DNA of 64,000 nt from the NCBI GenBank assembly GCA_963575745.1, contig CAUYUJ010000053.1, positions 1-64,000 on the forward strand, read 5' to 3'. The notes under the pieces are model-generated. The model did no database searches. It worked only from the letters and a program-made list of their open reading frames with translations, and had not been told where the DNA came from. The stretch is from Prorocentrum cordatum (taxonomy: Eukaryota). This document shows positions 52,267 to 64,000 of the stretch, one piece after another. How positions within the stretch are numbered: position 1 is the stretch's first letter; each line of letters begins with the position of its first letter. Position numbers and translations under genes: made by a program.

Positions 52267-52301
<35 letters not shown>

Positions 52302-52318
52302 GGTCTCGTCGCCCAGAG

Positions 52319-52468
52319 GCGGCGGCGGCACTGCTGCCGCACGAGGGCATCGCGCTGCTGCCGCTGTGGTGGTCGCTGGCGCCCTCCGCGCCGCAGTTCT
52401 CGGTGATCCCGCAGGGCATCGTGCAGAGCATCCGCTCCCAGTTCGAGCCGCCGGGGTGGCGGGGCTGA
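52319..52468 (+). CDS. Exon 2 (terminal) of the same gene: AAAALLPHEGIALLPLWW...VIPQGIVQSIRSQFEPPGWRG*
   Basis: GAG|GCG acceptor mirrors donor CAG|GCG; phase 0; GC3-rich; TGA at 52466-52468. Confidence 0.72.
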   Translation, partial: AAAALLPHEGIALLPLWWSLAPSAPQFSVIPQGIVQSIRSQFEPPGWRG

Positions 52469-54519
52469 GGCGCGCGTTTCTCCCGAGCACGCACGAGGGT
52501 GCTCTCGTGTGCGCGCATGGCCTCCCGCGACGGCCCCCCCGCGCGGACCTCCTGCGCCTGGCGCTGCGCACCCCGCCCCTCCTCCTCCGCCTCCCTCCTC
52601 CTCCTCCTCCTCCTCCTCCTTCTCCTCCTCTCCTCCCTCCTCCTCCTCCTCCTCCTCCTCCTCCTTTTCTCCTCCTCCTCCTCCTCCTCCTCCTCCTCCT
52701 CCTCCTCCTCCTCTACCTCCTCCCCCTCCACCTCCTCCCCCTCCACATCTTCCTCCTCCTCCCCCCGCCCCCTCCCCGGCGCCGAGAGCGCGCCGGAAGC
52801 GGCGCCCGCGGTGCCGGCGGGGGCGCGGGGAGGAAGGCCTGGCACCGTCCCGAGAAGTCCGCTTTGGGCCTCCGAAGGCGCACGCTTTCAGAGGCGACGA
52901 CAGGGGCGAAGGGCCCAGGGGAGAGCAATGCACGCATTCGGGGGCGCCGATGATCCATGCCTTCGCCGAGGCTCCCGGGCGAATGCGTGTAGTGCCCGCC
53001 CCAGGGCTGTTCGCCCCTGGCGGGCTCCCAGGCCGCCAGTTGTAGCATCGCGCCGCGGTGTGGAAGCGCGGCCTCCGCAGGCATGAGGCTAGCAGGGCAG
53101 TCCAACAGTGTCGCGGTCTGCGATGGAGGGAAGGCAACCTCTTCAGGCGCACCTGCCGTAATTACCTCTGACGATCTGACCTCCTCGCGGCGTCGGCCCC
53201 TCGGACCTCTCGGCCGTGTCCCAGGACGTGATTGTTCGTCCTGGGCCGGTGTTATTCGAGGAGGAGGAGGAGGAGGAGGAGGAGGAGGAGGAGGAGGAGG
53301 AGGAGGAGGAGGAGGTAGAGTAGGAGGAGGAGGAGGAGGAGGAGGAGGAGGAGGAGGAGGAGGAGGAGGAGGAGGAGGAGAAGGTGCTGCTGGAAGTGCC
53401 CTGGGCCCAAGGTGCCCCCAGGATTTCCAAGTACTGTATCCCGCCACGGCCTCCAGAGCACCCCGCACGAGGCCCAGAGGGCCCGGGGGTCCCCAAGTGA
53501 CCGACTAGCTGGGAGCGCCTTGGGCCAGGGGCGCCTCGAGAAACCCTCGACTGTTTGACGGCCCCCCAGGCCCCCAGGGCCACCATCTCGGCGATCGACG
53601 CTCGATCCGTTCCCTTGCCGCTGGCCTCCGCTCTGGGCGCCAGGTGGAGCGCAGCCTCCCAGGCAAGGAGTTGATCCATGTAGTCAACATTGAATGTAAA
53701 GATGAGCGACTCTCCAAGGCTTCCTTTGCATCCTTCCCCTCCGGCCCATCCTTGGCCGCTTTCGTCGACCGCGCCCCGCTCGAAAAGTGTGGGCATGGCC
53801 TTCCAGGGCCCTTGCATCCTTAACGTGTATCCTCGCTATCAGTTCTGATTGTGTATCCCCGCATTCCCCTCGGTTATAAGTAAGAGTGACCCTTCGCCGG
53901 AGTGACCTTGGTGCGGGCCCATCGGTGTCCCTCCGATCGCCGAGCACGATGCGGTAGCCGCCGCGTCTTTCGCGCTCGGGTTTGGTCCCCACGCGGCCCC
54001 CAAAAAGCCGCGCACCAAAGGTCACTCTCACCCAGGGTCACTCTTGCGTGTAGTCGATCCCCGAGGTTCATTTTGCTTCCTTACACGGTTCTTCCCCAGG
54101 GGTTCCCCAGTTTTGTTTCCGTGCAGTGACCTCCAGGTCTCGGGGTCCCCGCTCTTGTTATATTTGCCTTCTCTCCTCGGGTTTCCCCGCCTTGTTCCTT
54201 GCCTGGGTTCCTCGGGTTCTCCAGTATTGGCATCGCAAAGCAATGCCGAGCAATTCCAAGCAATACAAAACAATGCCAATCCATGCAAAGCAATGCCACG
54301 CAAAGCCAGGCCGTGCCACCCAATGCTGAGCAGTTCAAAGCAATGCCAGGCAATGCCAAGCAACGCCAAGCATTGCAAAGCAATGCCAGGCAATGTCGAG
54401 CACGGCCAATCAATGTCAGCAATGCCAAGCAACGCCGCAGCGCCAAACATGACGCCCATGCAGTGGAAAGTTTTCCCCTCATTGGGGTCGCGCCCGGTTC
54501 ATGATTGTTGAGTATGTTC

Positions 54520-55620
54520 TGGGTGCTCTCATCTCGACGTCGGCTGCATGCTCTACGAAGCCGATGTTCCCACTCGAGCGTGGGCTTGCTTCCCAAATGC
54601 AGTTGTGGAAGCCCGACCTACGACGACAACGGCTTCCGCTCGACGTGTTCTCACAATTTAGCCCGGGGCGCCGTGGCCAGAGAGCCCCAAAACTCAGCAG
54701 CGGCGCTCTCGACCGACTTCCTCCTAATTCGGACACGTTTTTCCAATGCCCAGCTGCGACGGCGACAGCTCCTTTTCGATACGTCGTCGCAGTGGAGCTC
54801 TTGCCCGAGACTGCCTCGCAGTCCGCTCTGGTTGGTGAGGGCCCAGCTGCGACGACGACGGCTGCCGCTCGATACTTCTCTTCGCTTTACTCCCACGCGC
54901 CCGGTCAGATGCGCCCGCGGCACCCTGGCTCAACGCAACGCTTCCTCGCGACTCAGCCGCGTTGGTGAAGGCCCAACTGTGACGACAAGGGCTTTGTCTC
55001 GACACGTCCTCGCAGTCTGCTACTCCGAGATGCCTTGGTCAGAGGACGCCCCCACTCTCAGGACTGGCGCTCTCGCCCGACACCCTCTTACAGTTTAATC
55101 AAGGCGGTGAGGGCCCAACTGCGACGACAACGGCTCCCGCTATAGATGACCTGCAAGTTGTTCCGAGGCGCCTTGGTCGCAGAGGTCCCCAAATTCAATC
55201 GCGGCGCTCTCGACAGAGACGTCCTCTTAATTTGTTCAAGCCTGTGAAGGCCAAACTGCGACAACTGCTCCCACTTTATATTTTCTTCCGAGGCGACTTT
55301 GTTTGAGAGGTCCCCTAATTCAGACATCGTGCTCTCGACATAGACGTTATTCTTATTCATCCAAGTTGGTAAAGGCCCAACTTCAACAACGGCCCCCGTT
55401 CGATACATCCACGTAATCTGCTCCAAGGCTGCCTTGCGATGTACATTCTCCAACTATGGAGTGGCGCTCTCGCCCGAGACCTCCTCGCAAGGCGAAGCCC
55501 TAGCTACGACGACACCGGCGCCAGCTCGGTACCTCCTCACATTTCATTCTGAGACGCCCTGGAGGGTCCCAAGCTCAGGAACGGCGCTCCCTCCAGAGTC
55601 ATCCTCGCAGTTCGGTCCAG
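54520..55620. repeat. Degenerate tandem repeat, unit about 120-140 bp
   Basis: Recurrent GGCCCAACTGCGACGAC and GGCGCTCTCGAC motifs. Confidence 0.65.
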
Positions 55621-56438
55621 ATGGTTAGTTGCTCGCGGGCGCGATAGCTCGCATGACGGCCATGACGGCGGAGTGCGCACATGCAGTGCACTGCTGGATG
55701 TTCCTCCCGCCCTCATGAACGGGGTTGGTTCGTAAACTTGGCGGGGGAGGGGGGGGGGAGAGGGAGAAACGAATGAAGTCAATTCAGCGTGTCAGATCAT
55801 ATTTTTGTGAGATGGCCGCCGTCAATGTTGTTGGCGTTGTCGTCGCCGCCGCCACCTTTCGTCGTCGTCATGGCCGCCACCGTGGCTGCTGCTACTGCCA
55901 GCATTGCTGCAACAATCGCTGATCACTGCTGCTACTACCATGCCCGCGTCCGCCACGTTACCTCTACCCCGCCACGCCCCTCTCCCCCCGTGACGGCGTG
56001 GGTAGGCCGTGCGGATTTGCCCACTAGGGCTGCAGGTGTAATTCTTTACAGGGGGAGGAGGAGAAGGAGGAGGAGGAGGAGGAGGAGGAGGAGGAGGAGG
56101 AGAAGGAGGAGCAGGAGGAGGAGATGCGCGGCGCTGCGGATTCGAAACGAGGATCCACCTCAACGCAGGAGGCTCTGGGCAGAGGGCCCCGACTCTGCAC
56201 AGGAGGGCCGGAATCAAGTCGTGGGAGGGCTGGGCTCAACGGCAGGAGGGGCAGGGTGTTGGATGAGGCTTGGGGATCTGAGATCGGCCCACACGTGCGA
56301 GGAAGCACCGAGGGCCAGGCATTTCGTAATTTTTCACGGATTGCAGGCTTCTGGCTTTGCGATAGTGCTCGCCGCTTCCCCCGCGTCAGCATCCAGCATA
56401 GTGAGGGTGCTCTTTTGTCGGTCTCTCAGACCAGGTGC

Positions 56439-56487
56439 CTTCTCCTCGAACTTCCTTTTGACGGCCGCTAGTAGTTGCCAGTGACAC
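56439..56487 (-). CDS. Candidate exon of the minus-strand gene: CHWQLLAAVKRKFEEK
   Basis: CAG|G acceptor, AAG|GC donor; phase-compatible with the 62969 donor. Confidence 0.3.
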
Positions 56488-57441
56488 CTGAGAGTAGTGA
56501 GGCAGGGTTGGAATGACTTAGGCTGACGGCCGACGTTTCTTTCCAGGATGGAGCTACATGTGCGATCTGGGACTTGGACTGATGGCCTTGAGGTTCATTG
56601 GGTCTAGGCTTTTGCCCCGTCGCAAGTAGCCTTTACCCCACCTCTGCGCCCCCCCGCAGCGTGGAACGACCTGCACCGTCCGGGCTCTGGGCTGCTCCAC
56701 CCATGCGGTGTCAGAAACCGCGCCCCGTGGCGCGAGCCCGCCGCAGAGTGCCGAGGGCACACCGCGGCCCCCGCAGACTTCCCGACGCCGCGAGCCTTTC
56801 AGCGAAGGGGCTCCCGGAGGTATGGACCTGCCCCCCCATGCCGGGCTCTGCGTCCCGAGTCGATGCTCGACAGGGTCGTCCCAGGGCCCGGCGAGGGCCC
56901 CCTGACGCCGGACGCTGAGAGCCCTGCCGTCTTGAGTTTTTTTCGAGGCGGTGGACGAAGTTTGGGTCGTGCCTCGCCCCCTCGGACGTGTGGATCTCCG
57001 AGGATCCGGGGCCGAAGCGGGTCGAAAGGGGGAGGAGGAGGAGGAGGAGGGGGAGGAGGAGGAGGAGGAGGAGGAGGAGGAGGAGGAGGAGGAGGAGGAG
57101 GAGGAGGAGGAGGAGGAGTAGGAGTAGGAGTAGGAGTAGGAGTAGGAGTAGGAGTAGGAGTCAAGCTAGCCAGCTCGAGCGAGTCAAGCATGGCATGCCC
57201 AGTCCCACCCGCCCTCCCACAACATAAGAAGCAAAGCTGGCACAACTGGGGGCCGAAGTCACACCGGCCAGCCGGTTTGGTACAGCTGATGCGGCCGCGA
57301 TGGCGGTTGCCGACGGGAACTGGCGAGCGCGTGTTGAATGCCGCGCACGCATTGCCAGACGAGTCGAGAATGGCCCGGTACACCGCAGGAAGCCAGAGGT
57401 GGCCGGAGGAAGCCCGACGGTCTGACAGGACACCCCAAAGC

Positions 57442-57822
57442 ATTTTTGTGAAAAAGCATTGGGTTTTTGATGTTTTTATGTTGAAATGCTTGCAAACACA
57501 CGGTGTTCGGTAGGATTCTGACATGAACGCGCGAGTGTGCTCTTTGTGGTATTTTTTGCACAGGATTCGCGGCCTGGGTGCATGACAGAGCATCGCGAGT
57601 GCACCGCGCGATGACGTGAAATCGCTGGATTTGACAGAATTCTTAAGATTCCTATGGTTTTCCTATGATTTCAGCAAGAGAGCCCGGGCGGGAAATTTGT
57701 ACAATTTTTGTGAAAAAGCATTGGGTTTTTGATGTTTTTATGTTGAAATGCTTGCAAACACACGGTGTTCGGTAGGATTCTGACATGAACGCGCGCGTGT
57801 GCTCTTTGTGGTATTTTTTGCA
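57442..57822. repeat. Near-identical about 120-bp direct repeat pair (about 57442-57560 and 57704-57822)
   Basis: TTTTTGTGAAAAAGCATTGGG...GTGGTATTTTTTGCA twice, one visible substitution. Confidence 0.85.
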
Positions 57823-58849
57823 ATGGATTATCGCCGTGGACGACAGGACGTCCATGTCGAGAGGAAAAAATAAGAAAAATGTTGATTTTGTATTGTTTTT
57901 TACAGGTTAGGATGGGACCACCCGGATGCGCCCGCTATCTGCCGGCCTGAGGGGGGAGTAGGAGTATATTCTAATAAGGAATAAGGATAGGAATAGGAGT
58001 AGGAGTAGGAGGAGGAGGAGGAGGAGGAGGGAGGAGGAGGAGGAGGAGGAGGAGGAGGAGGAGGAGGAGGAGGAGGAGGAGGAGGAGGAGGAGGAGGAGG
58101 AGGAAAAGGAGAAGGAGGGATGGAGGAGGAAGAGGGGGAGGGTGAGGAGGGGGGAGAAGAGGAGGGAGGAGGAGGAGATGATGAGGTGGAGGATGATGAG
58201 GAGGAGGAAGATGAGGAGGTTGAGGATGAGGAGTAGGAGGAGGAATATCGAGGAGGAGGAGGAGGAGGAGGAGCAGGGGGCGGAGGAGGAGGAGGAGGAG
58301 GAGGAGGAGGAGCAGGAGGAGGAGGAGGAGGAGGAGGAGGAGGAGGAGGAGGAGGAGGAGGAGGAGGAGGTGCATGAGGCCCGCGTCGCGCAGCCCCGCG
58401 GACGGGGCGCGAGTAGCGCTCCTGCGCTGGGAGGGGCCGGCCCGCTCCCGGCCTGTTTTTGCCGTGGCGCCCTGCGGGCGCTGCGGCGTGTTCCGGGGCG
58501 CCCTCTCGCCGCGCAGGGCTCGGCGCGCGTTATGGGGACAGGCCGCTGGCGTAAAAGAGCAAGGAGCGAGGAGGATCATCCGGCGCTTAACGCTTGGGCG
58601 CTTGTCGGACGATCCGCAGAAATCTGTGAGAACCTGATGGCGTCTGGGAGAATTCGGAACAATCTGGAAGAATCTGGGACATTTCAGAAGAATCTAGAAG
58701 AATATGGAAGAATCGATCATCACCACCACCACCATCATCATCCTCCTCCTCCTCCTTCTCCTTCTCCTCCTTCTCCTCCTCCTCATCCTCATCCTCATCC
58801 TCATCCTCCTCCTCCTCATCATCATCATCATCACCATCATCATCATCAG

Positions 58850-58890
<41 letters not shown>

Positions 58891-60344
58891 CCCCTCTTCC
58901 TCCTCCTCCTCCTCGTCCTCTTTCTCCTCCTCCTGTTGGCTCCAGTTGGCTCATTAGCTGTCCGCTACCGCTGAGCGATAAGGCAGCCCAAAAACAGTAC
59001 AGAGGGCAAGTGAAGAGATGGGGTTCAGGCGGGGCCAGCCGACCAACCCGCAGGAACCTACCATCCGAGCGGAACGGACCACCCGAAGCTCGCCACCGAG
59101 CAGGGGTCCCCTCCATTCCTGAGCATCCCGATGGTGAGTCGGGGTCGGCTGCCCAAGCCCACCACGGACCGCTGCGCGCCCACAAGCTCCTGCGGTGAAG
59201 AGCTTGAGGAAAAAACGCAAACAAGTGTCAGGCAGCAGAGAGCAAGACAGCTGGGGGGAACAAGCCTCACTGCCTAAACGGTTTTCGAGCTGCGTCCGCC
59301 CCGCAGGGCTCAGATAACGACACCCCCAGTGCCGCCCCGATAAGCCACCCGAGGGGCGCCACTCCCTCGGGCGACCGCACACCCCCACGCACGCCAGGGC
59401 GGGGACCCCTGGCCGTGGGAAGGATGGGTGTGGATCCGCCATGAGCCCCCCGCAGGGGACCCCCCACCCGCCCAGGCACCCGCGGCGTACGGGCCGGGCC
59501 ACCGCAAGGGGTGGGAAACGTGGCGACGAGGGAACGACACGACAGACGACGACAGCGACGGCGACGACACGACGGGGAAGACGGACCCCCCAGCCACGAC
59601 TCCCACGGGGGACACCTGGCTGGGTAGCCAGGCTCCCGTGGGAGGCCGCGTGGCCGGGGGCCCCCCCGGGAAGGAGACCCCGCTTTGGGGGCCGTCCCGG
59701 GCGCGGGGGCTTTTCCCCCGAAGGCCCGGCGGTCCCCGCCTCCGCCAGGGGGCGCTTTGGCCCGACACCCCACTTATGGGGGTGCCCCTCCGGGGCCTCT
59801 TTTTCTCCTCCTCCTCCTCCTCCTCCTCCTCCTCCCCCTCTTCGTCCTCCTCCTCCTTTTCCGCCTCCTCCTCCCCCTCCTCCTTCTCCCCCTGCTCCTC
59901 CCCCTCCTCCTCCTCCTCTTCTTGCTCCTGCTCCTCCTCCTCCTGCTCCTCCTCTTCCTCCTCCTCCTCCTCCTCTTCCTCTACCTCCTCTTCCTCCTCT
60001 TCCTCTTTCTCCTCCTCCTCTAATGCGGACAATGACTAATCCAAAGAGTAAGACTAATAATAAGAGTCTATTAAGCACACTGCAACCACGAATGCGAAAC
60101 AACACAGAACAAATAACAGACACGTAACAGAAACAGAGACAGACACAATGGATCATGATACTAATGCGAAGCGACAATTAAAAAAGGGCGAGACAAATGA
60201 TGAGCATACGTAAGAAGCATATGAACGAAAGTACGAGTACGAATGCGACTAGAACTATTAAACCCTAAACCCAAAACCCTAAATTTCTAATCCTATAATT
60301 ATTAAACCATGATTACCATAAAACCGGTCCGTATGCAAACCGGC

Positions 60345-60860
60345 CCCATCTATTGCAAAAAATAGCATTTCCTGAGCATGCGTGCAGAATCTCATGTATT
60401 TTACACTACAAAGTGCCCGGCCCCCGTTGCGACCCCGCTCCATCTATGGCAAAAAATAGCATTTGCTGAGCATGCGTGCAGAACCTCTTGTATTTTACAA
60501 GACAAAGTGCCCGACCCACGTTGCGACCCGGCTCCATCTATTGCAAAAAATACAATTTCCTGAGCATGCGCGCAGAATCTCTTGTATTTTAGATGACAAA
60601 GTGCCCGACCCACGTTGCGACCCCGCTCCATCTACTGCAAAAAATAGCATGTCCTGCGCATGCGCGCAGAATCTCGTGTATTTTACAATACAAAGTGCGA
60701 CCCCGTTATGTACACCGGCTCCATCTACTGCACAAAAGAGCACTTCCTGCGCATGCGTGCAGAATCTCTCGTACTTTACACTACAAAGTGCGTTCCGTTG
60801 CGAGCCGATCCACCTATTCCCAAAAATAGCCTTTGCTGCGCATGCGTGCAGAATCTCCTC
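60345..60860. repeat. Satellite, about 94-bp unit, 5-6 copies
   Basis: CCATCTA..GCAAAAAATAGCATT...GCATGCGTGCAGAATCTC...ACAAAGTGC repeated. Confidence 0.9.
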
Positions 60861-60920
60861 CGCCCGACCCGACTCTTTCCGCCCGTTAGAGCACTCGCGT
60901 GCCAACTGGATCGCACATCA

Positions 60921-60951
<31 letters not shown>

Positions 60952-61084
60952 TCGTCGACGCTGTATTCGATGCGGTTATAACGAGGGGAGAGATGATCTT
61001 TATGGTGGGGTGGCTTGCGGGTGGGAGTGACGGCCACCGCAGGTGGGTTTGCGGTCAAGGTGTACTCGTGGCCACGCCTAGTAG

Positions 61085-61113
61085 ACCCTAAACCCTAAAC
61101 CCTAAACCCGAAA
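61085..61113 (-). repeat. Short interstitial telomere-like (TTTAGGG)n tract; another at 60259-60283
   Basis: CCCTAAA x3-4. Confidence 0.6.
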
Positions 61114-62968
61114 TTCCGAAGCATGTAGACACGTTTGGATAAAGAACAACATGGTTACATGTCTTGGGAGGCCCTTTAAAACATCACAGACATTTAAACA
61201 ACAATTGAGACACATTTGAATACGCCTGGAATAACTTTGGCTAATTTTGAATGGGCTCAATCCGTTCCAGAGAATGAAAGGCAATTTTGAGATCAAAGGT
61301 ATGCCCATACATGGTACAGAAATCTGGATAAGTTCATCGAATGTAGATAAATGTGGACCAGTCAGGTACATGTAGAAATTATGGATAGTTGTAGGTCAAT
61401 TTGGCTAACTGTAGATAAATGTGGACACGTTGAATCGCTCTAGATACATGCAGATAAACTGAAGCACGTTCAGAACACTGAGAACAAGCGAATTCAAGAT
61501 CTACTAACGTTTGGTTGCTATATATCGCGTTATATGAGTCTTGCGTACATATATATATATGTATACATGTAGCCAAACATCTTTAGATATTTCTGGACTA
61601 ATTTTGGTTATTCGGATTTGTTTCAGATCGTATCCAAATAATCAGATCCAGATAGTGATATAATGGTCCAGATTTAGAATCAGATCATATAGATCACAGC
61701 CAGAAATTCAGATCCAGATAAGGCCGACCCCGTTCGAAAAGCGTCAGCATGAGCTTCCAAGGCCCATGCGTCCTTACCGCGCATCCTGATGCGCGTAGAC
61801 TGTAGATCTTTGGCCCTGTTCAGTCCTTTGGTGGCCTGCGGACAGCGCGACACGGCCACACCGCGGCAGCAGCCGGCTGACAGGATCGGTTCCGCCAGTC
61901 CTGACGCCGATCACAGTTGGGACGTCTTCGTGCGCACATCCGCACGATGCGGGGTGCGAAAAATGGGAACCCGGCAGGTGTCGTCTTCTCAGAAGTCAAC
62001 ACCCGCAAGCCATGTTGACACGTAGGTGCCATTGGCAGCGTCAGGTCGTTCTGGCACAGATGAGTTCGGTGACATGCGCGCTTTTTGACTCATGTTCCGC
62101 TGCCAACAGCATCTGGCACTGTCAGGCGTTCAGAGCGGGCTCAGGCGGGTTCGCATCCCAAGTTGAGATTGACCCAGCGGTAGCAATTTCGATTTCGCTC
62201 GCTGAGAGTTGTTCACCAGCCCCACCGCGGCTGTCGCAGCACGCGAGTGGGAGTAGAAGCAGGCATGCTGCAAACCGTTTGCTGTATGTCCGCCGAGACA
62301 TCATCCCGGGTCTGCGAGGTGTCGATGGTCCGGCCCACACCTCTCGACTAGACTTAAAAGTGACCTTTCGCCAGAGTGACCTTTGGTCAGTTGAGCGGAA
62401 GATCGGGACAAATCGGAACCAGAGATTCTGGGAGAGTTCCAGAGAAAAATAGAACGCCGATTTGTGGAGCGTAGCGCGCGCATTCGCAGAAGTTCCCAAA
62501 GAGTGTTCGAGGGCTTGAGGAGCCCAAGTAACACATGGGCGTTCAATTAAACTGTTGAGCGTGGGCAGAAAATCTGGTGCGCACGAGCATTGTGAGCGGG
62601 TGCGCGGCTTGCGCGGGGGGCGCAGTAGGTTTGCGTTTCAGGGATTTCGGCGCTGGCCAATGCGCTGATTGAGGGCCCGAAAATGCGTCGCACATATTAC
62701 GCCTGTGGCGCCATGGAGGCCGCATTTGCGGTTGCAGTTGGGCGGGCGCCCCGCCGCGCGCACCGTGGCGACAGCTCTCTTGGGCGCCCGCCCGCCGCCG
62801 TGGACGTAGTGGACCCAGCTAGTCTCTCGGTCGGCGCGCGGCGGGTCGGCAGCCGCGACGCTGGCGGCCTGAAAATGCTTCGAAAGTGTTTCTCCCCGAG
62901 CCCGGGGCTATTGTACGTTTTCGGTGGCACGCGCAGCTCGGAGAAAAATCGCCTTGTCCGTCGGCGGC

Positions 62969-63073
62969 CAGTTGGATGTCGTCGCGCAGAAGTACCGGCG
63001 GATGGCGCGGTCCACGCTCAGCGCAGAGAGCGTGTCCATGAGCGTGGACTCGTCGAGGGGCAGGAGGAAGGAC
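62969..63073 (-). CDS. Internal exon of an unidentified minus-strand gene: SFLLPLDESTLMDTLSALSVDRAIRRYFCATTSN(W)
   Basis: Nearly all codons end in G/C; AG|G acceptor, TG|GC donor; 105 nt. Confidence 0.6.
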
Positions 63074-64000
63074 CTCGCGGTCGGGACCATTGCGGCCCGC
63101 GATGTCCACGGCCCCCACCCTGGGCGCGCGAGGACCTGCTGGGCGCCGCCGCAGCGCGATTTCAGAGAATCTCGGAACCATAAATCCGGGCGCGCCAAAT
63201 TTCGCGGGCCGAAGAACTTTCAGAGAGTTTCGGCCAGCTCCGAGGTTTTGGGTTCATGGGAACGTTTCGCGCGGGGTGGCTAGTTCAGAGATTTTCAGAG
63301 ATTCTCAGAGAAGTTCGGACGCCAGAATTTGGCGCGCCCCGGTTTCTGGTTCTGTGAATCTCTGAAAAGCGGTTCCTTAGGTTTTACCGGGTCTCCAGGC
63401 GTCCTACTGTCAGCCAGAGACGAGCGATTGGCTGGCGCCGCGCCCGATGCTTCCGGAGTTGCGAACTCGGTCTTCGATTCCCTGGGGCCCGCGGGCCCTT
63501 GGGCCAATCGCGAGGTCGCCGAGGCCCCCAGGCGGTTGCGCGCGATTGTCTCGGAAACCAGAGTTGGGCATCCATGGTGGACGCCCGCGCGCACGCGCTA
63601 GGTGTCCGCGAGATTGTTCGGCGGCGGATCTTGCATGGCGCGGGCACTTTCCACAGACTTTCCGGGGTGTTCTCTACGGTTATTTCGGCGCGCTTCGGTA
63701 ACCTTGGGGCGGCGCGGGGAAGTCGCCTGGCCGCGCGCGGGATATTTTTTCCAATGCCTTCTTGGGCATTATCGCCGTGTTGCGTGGCCGAAGAGGTCAC
63801 AGAGCAACGCGCTGTTTGACATGTTCGTGTTTTTTTCGTTGCGTTGGTTGCGTGATTGTTTTGGCGGTCCGCCTCCTTGGGGCCCCCTTGGGGCCTGAAA
63901 TTTGTTTTGTTGACGTCGGGCCTTCTGGAGTGAAAGGCGCTCGGCGCTGAATTCCCTCAGGCGTGCGCGTGGCCAAATACGCGCCGTGGCTTCATCCGCG

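Larger units (their letters stand above)
46490..52300. repeat. (TATG/CATG)n microsatellite blocks (46490-47370, 49830-50580, 51790-52300) forming the intron backbone; GGCTATAG and GGGCACCC arrays 49405-49750
   Basis: Direct inspection. Confidence 0.9.

Noticed and set aside
60345..60860. CRISPR array
   Set aside because: Whole units are similar, with no unique spacers; eukaryotic satellite.

Overview
GC-rich, repeat-dense eukaryotic DNA with the hallmarks of a dinoflagellate genome: DinoSL spliced-leader sequence, GC/GA splice donors, AG|G acceptors and TTTAGGG tracts. A Prorocentrum-like source is my inference. Most ORF-track hits are microsatellite artefacts. Real content: (1) a + strand TEY-type MAP kinase gene, of which 8 micro-exons (36-75 nt, about 150 aa, subdomains VII-XI) can be spliced in frame across 458-37070. 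(2) Inside its 15.3-kb intron, an antisense full-length but decayed 6.27-kb non-LTR retrotransposon (29756-36024) with a perfect 12-bp TSD, an A9 tail, a zinc-finger/coiled-coil ORF1 and an APE-RT-RNase H ORF2. Its 5' end is a near-perfect dinoflagellate spliced leader followed by three stacked SL relics. This suggests an element whose 5' end is rebuilt by SL trans-splicing and which records successive retrotransposition cycles, the most notable finding. (3) A two-exon gene for a probable tandem LOTUS/OST-HTH-like protein (45419-52468). (4) Weak exon candidates for further genes. (5) Many short TIR (MITE-like) families, satellites and simple repeats filling the introns.
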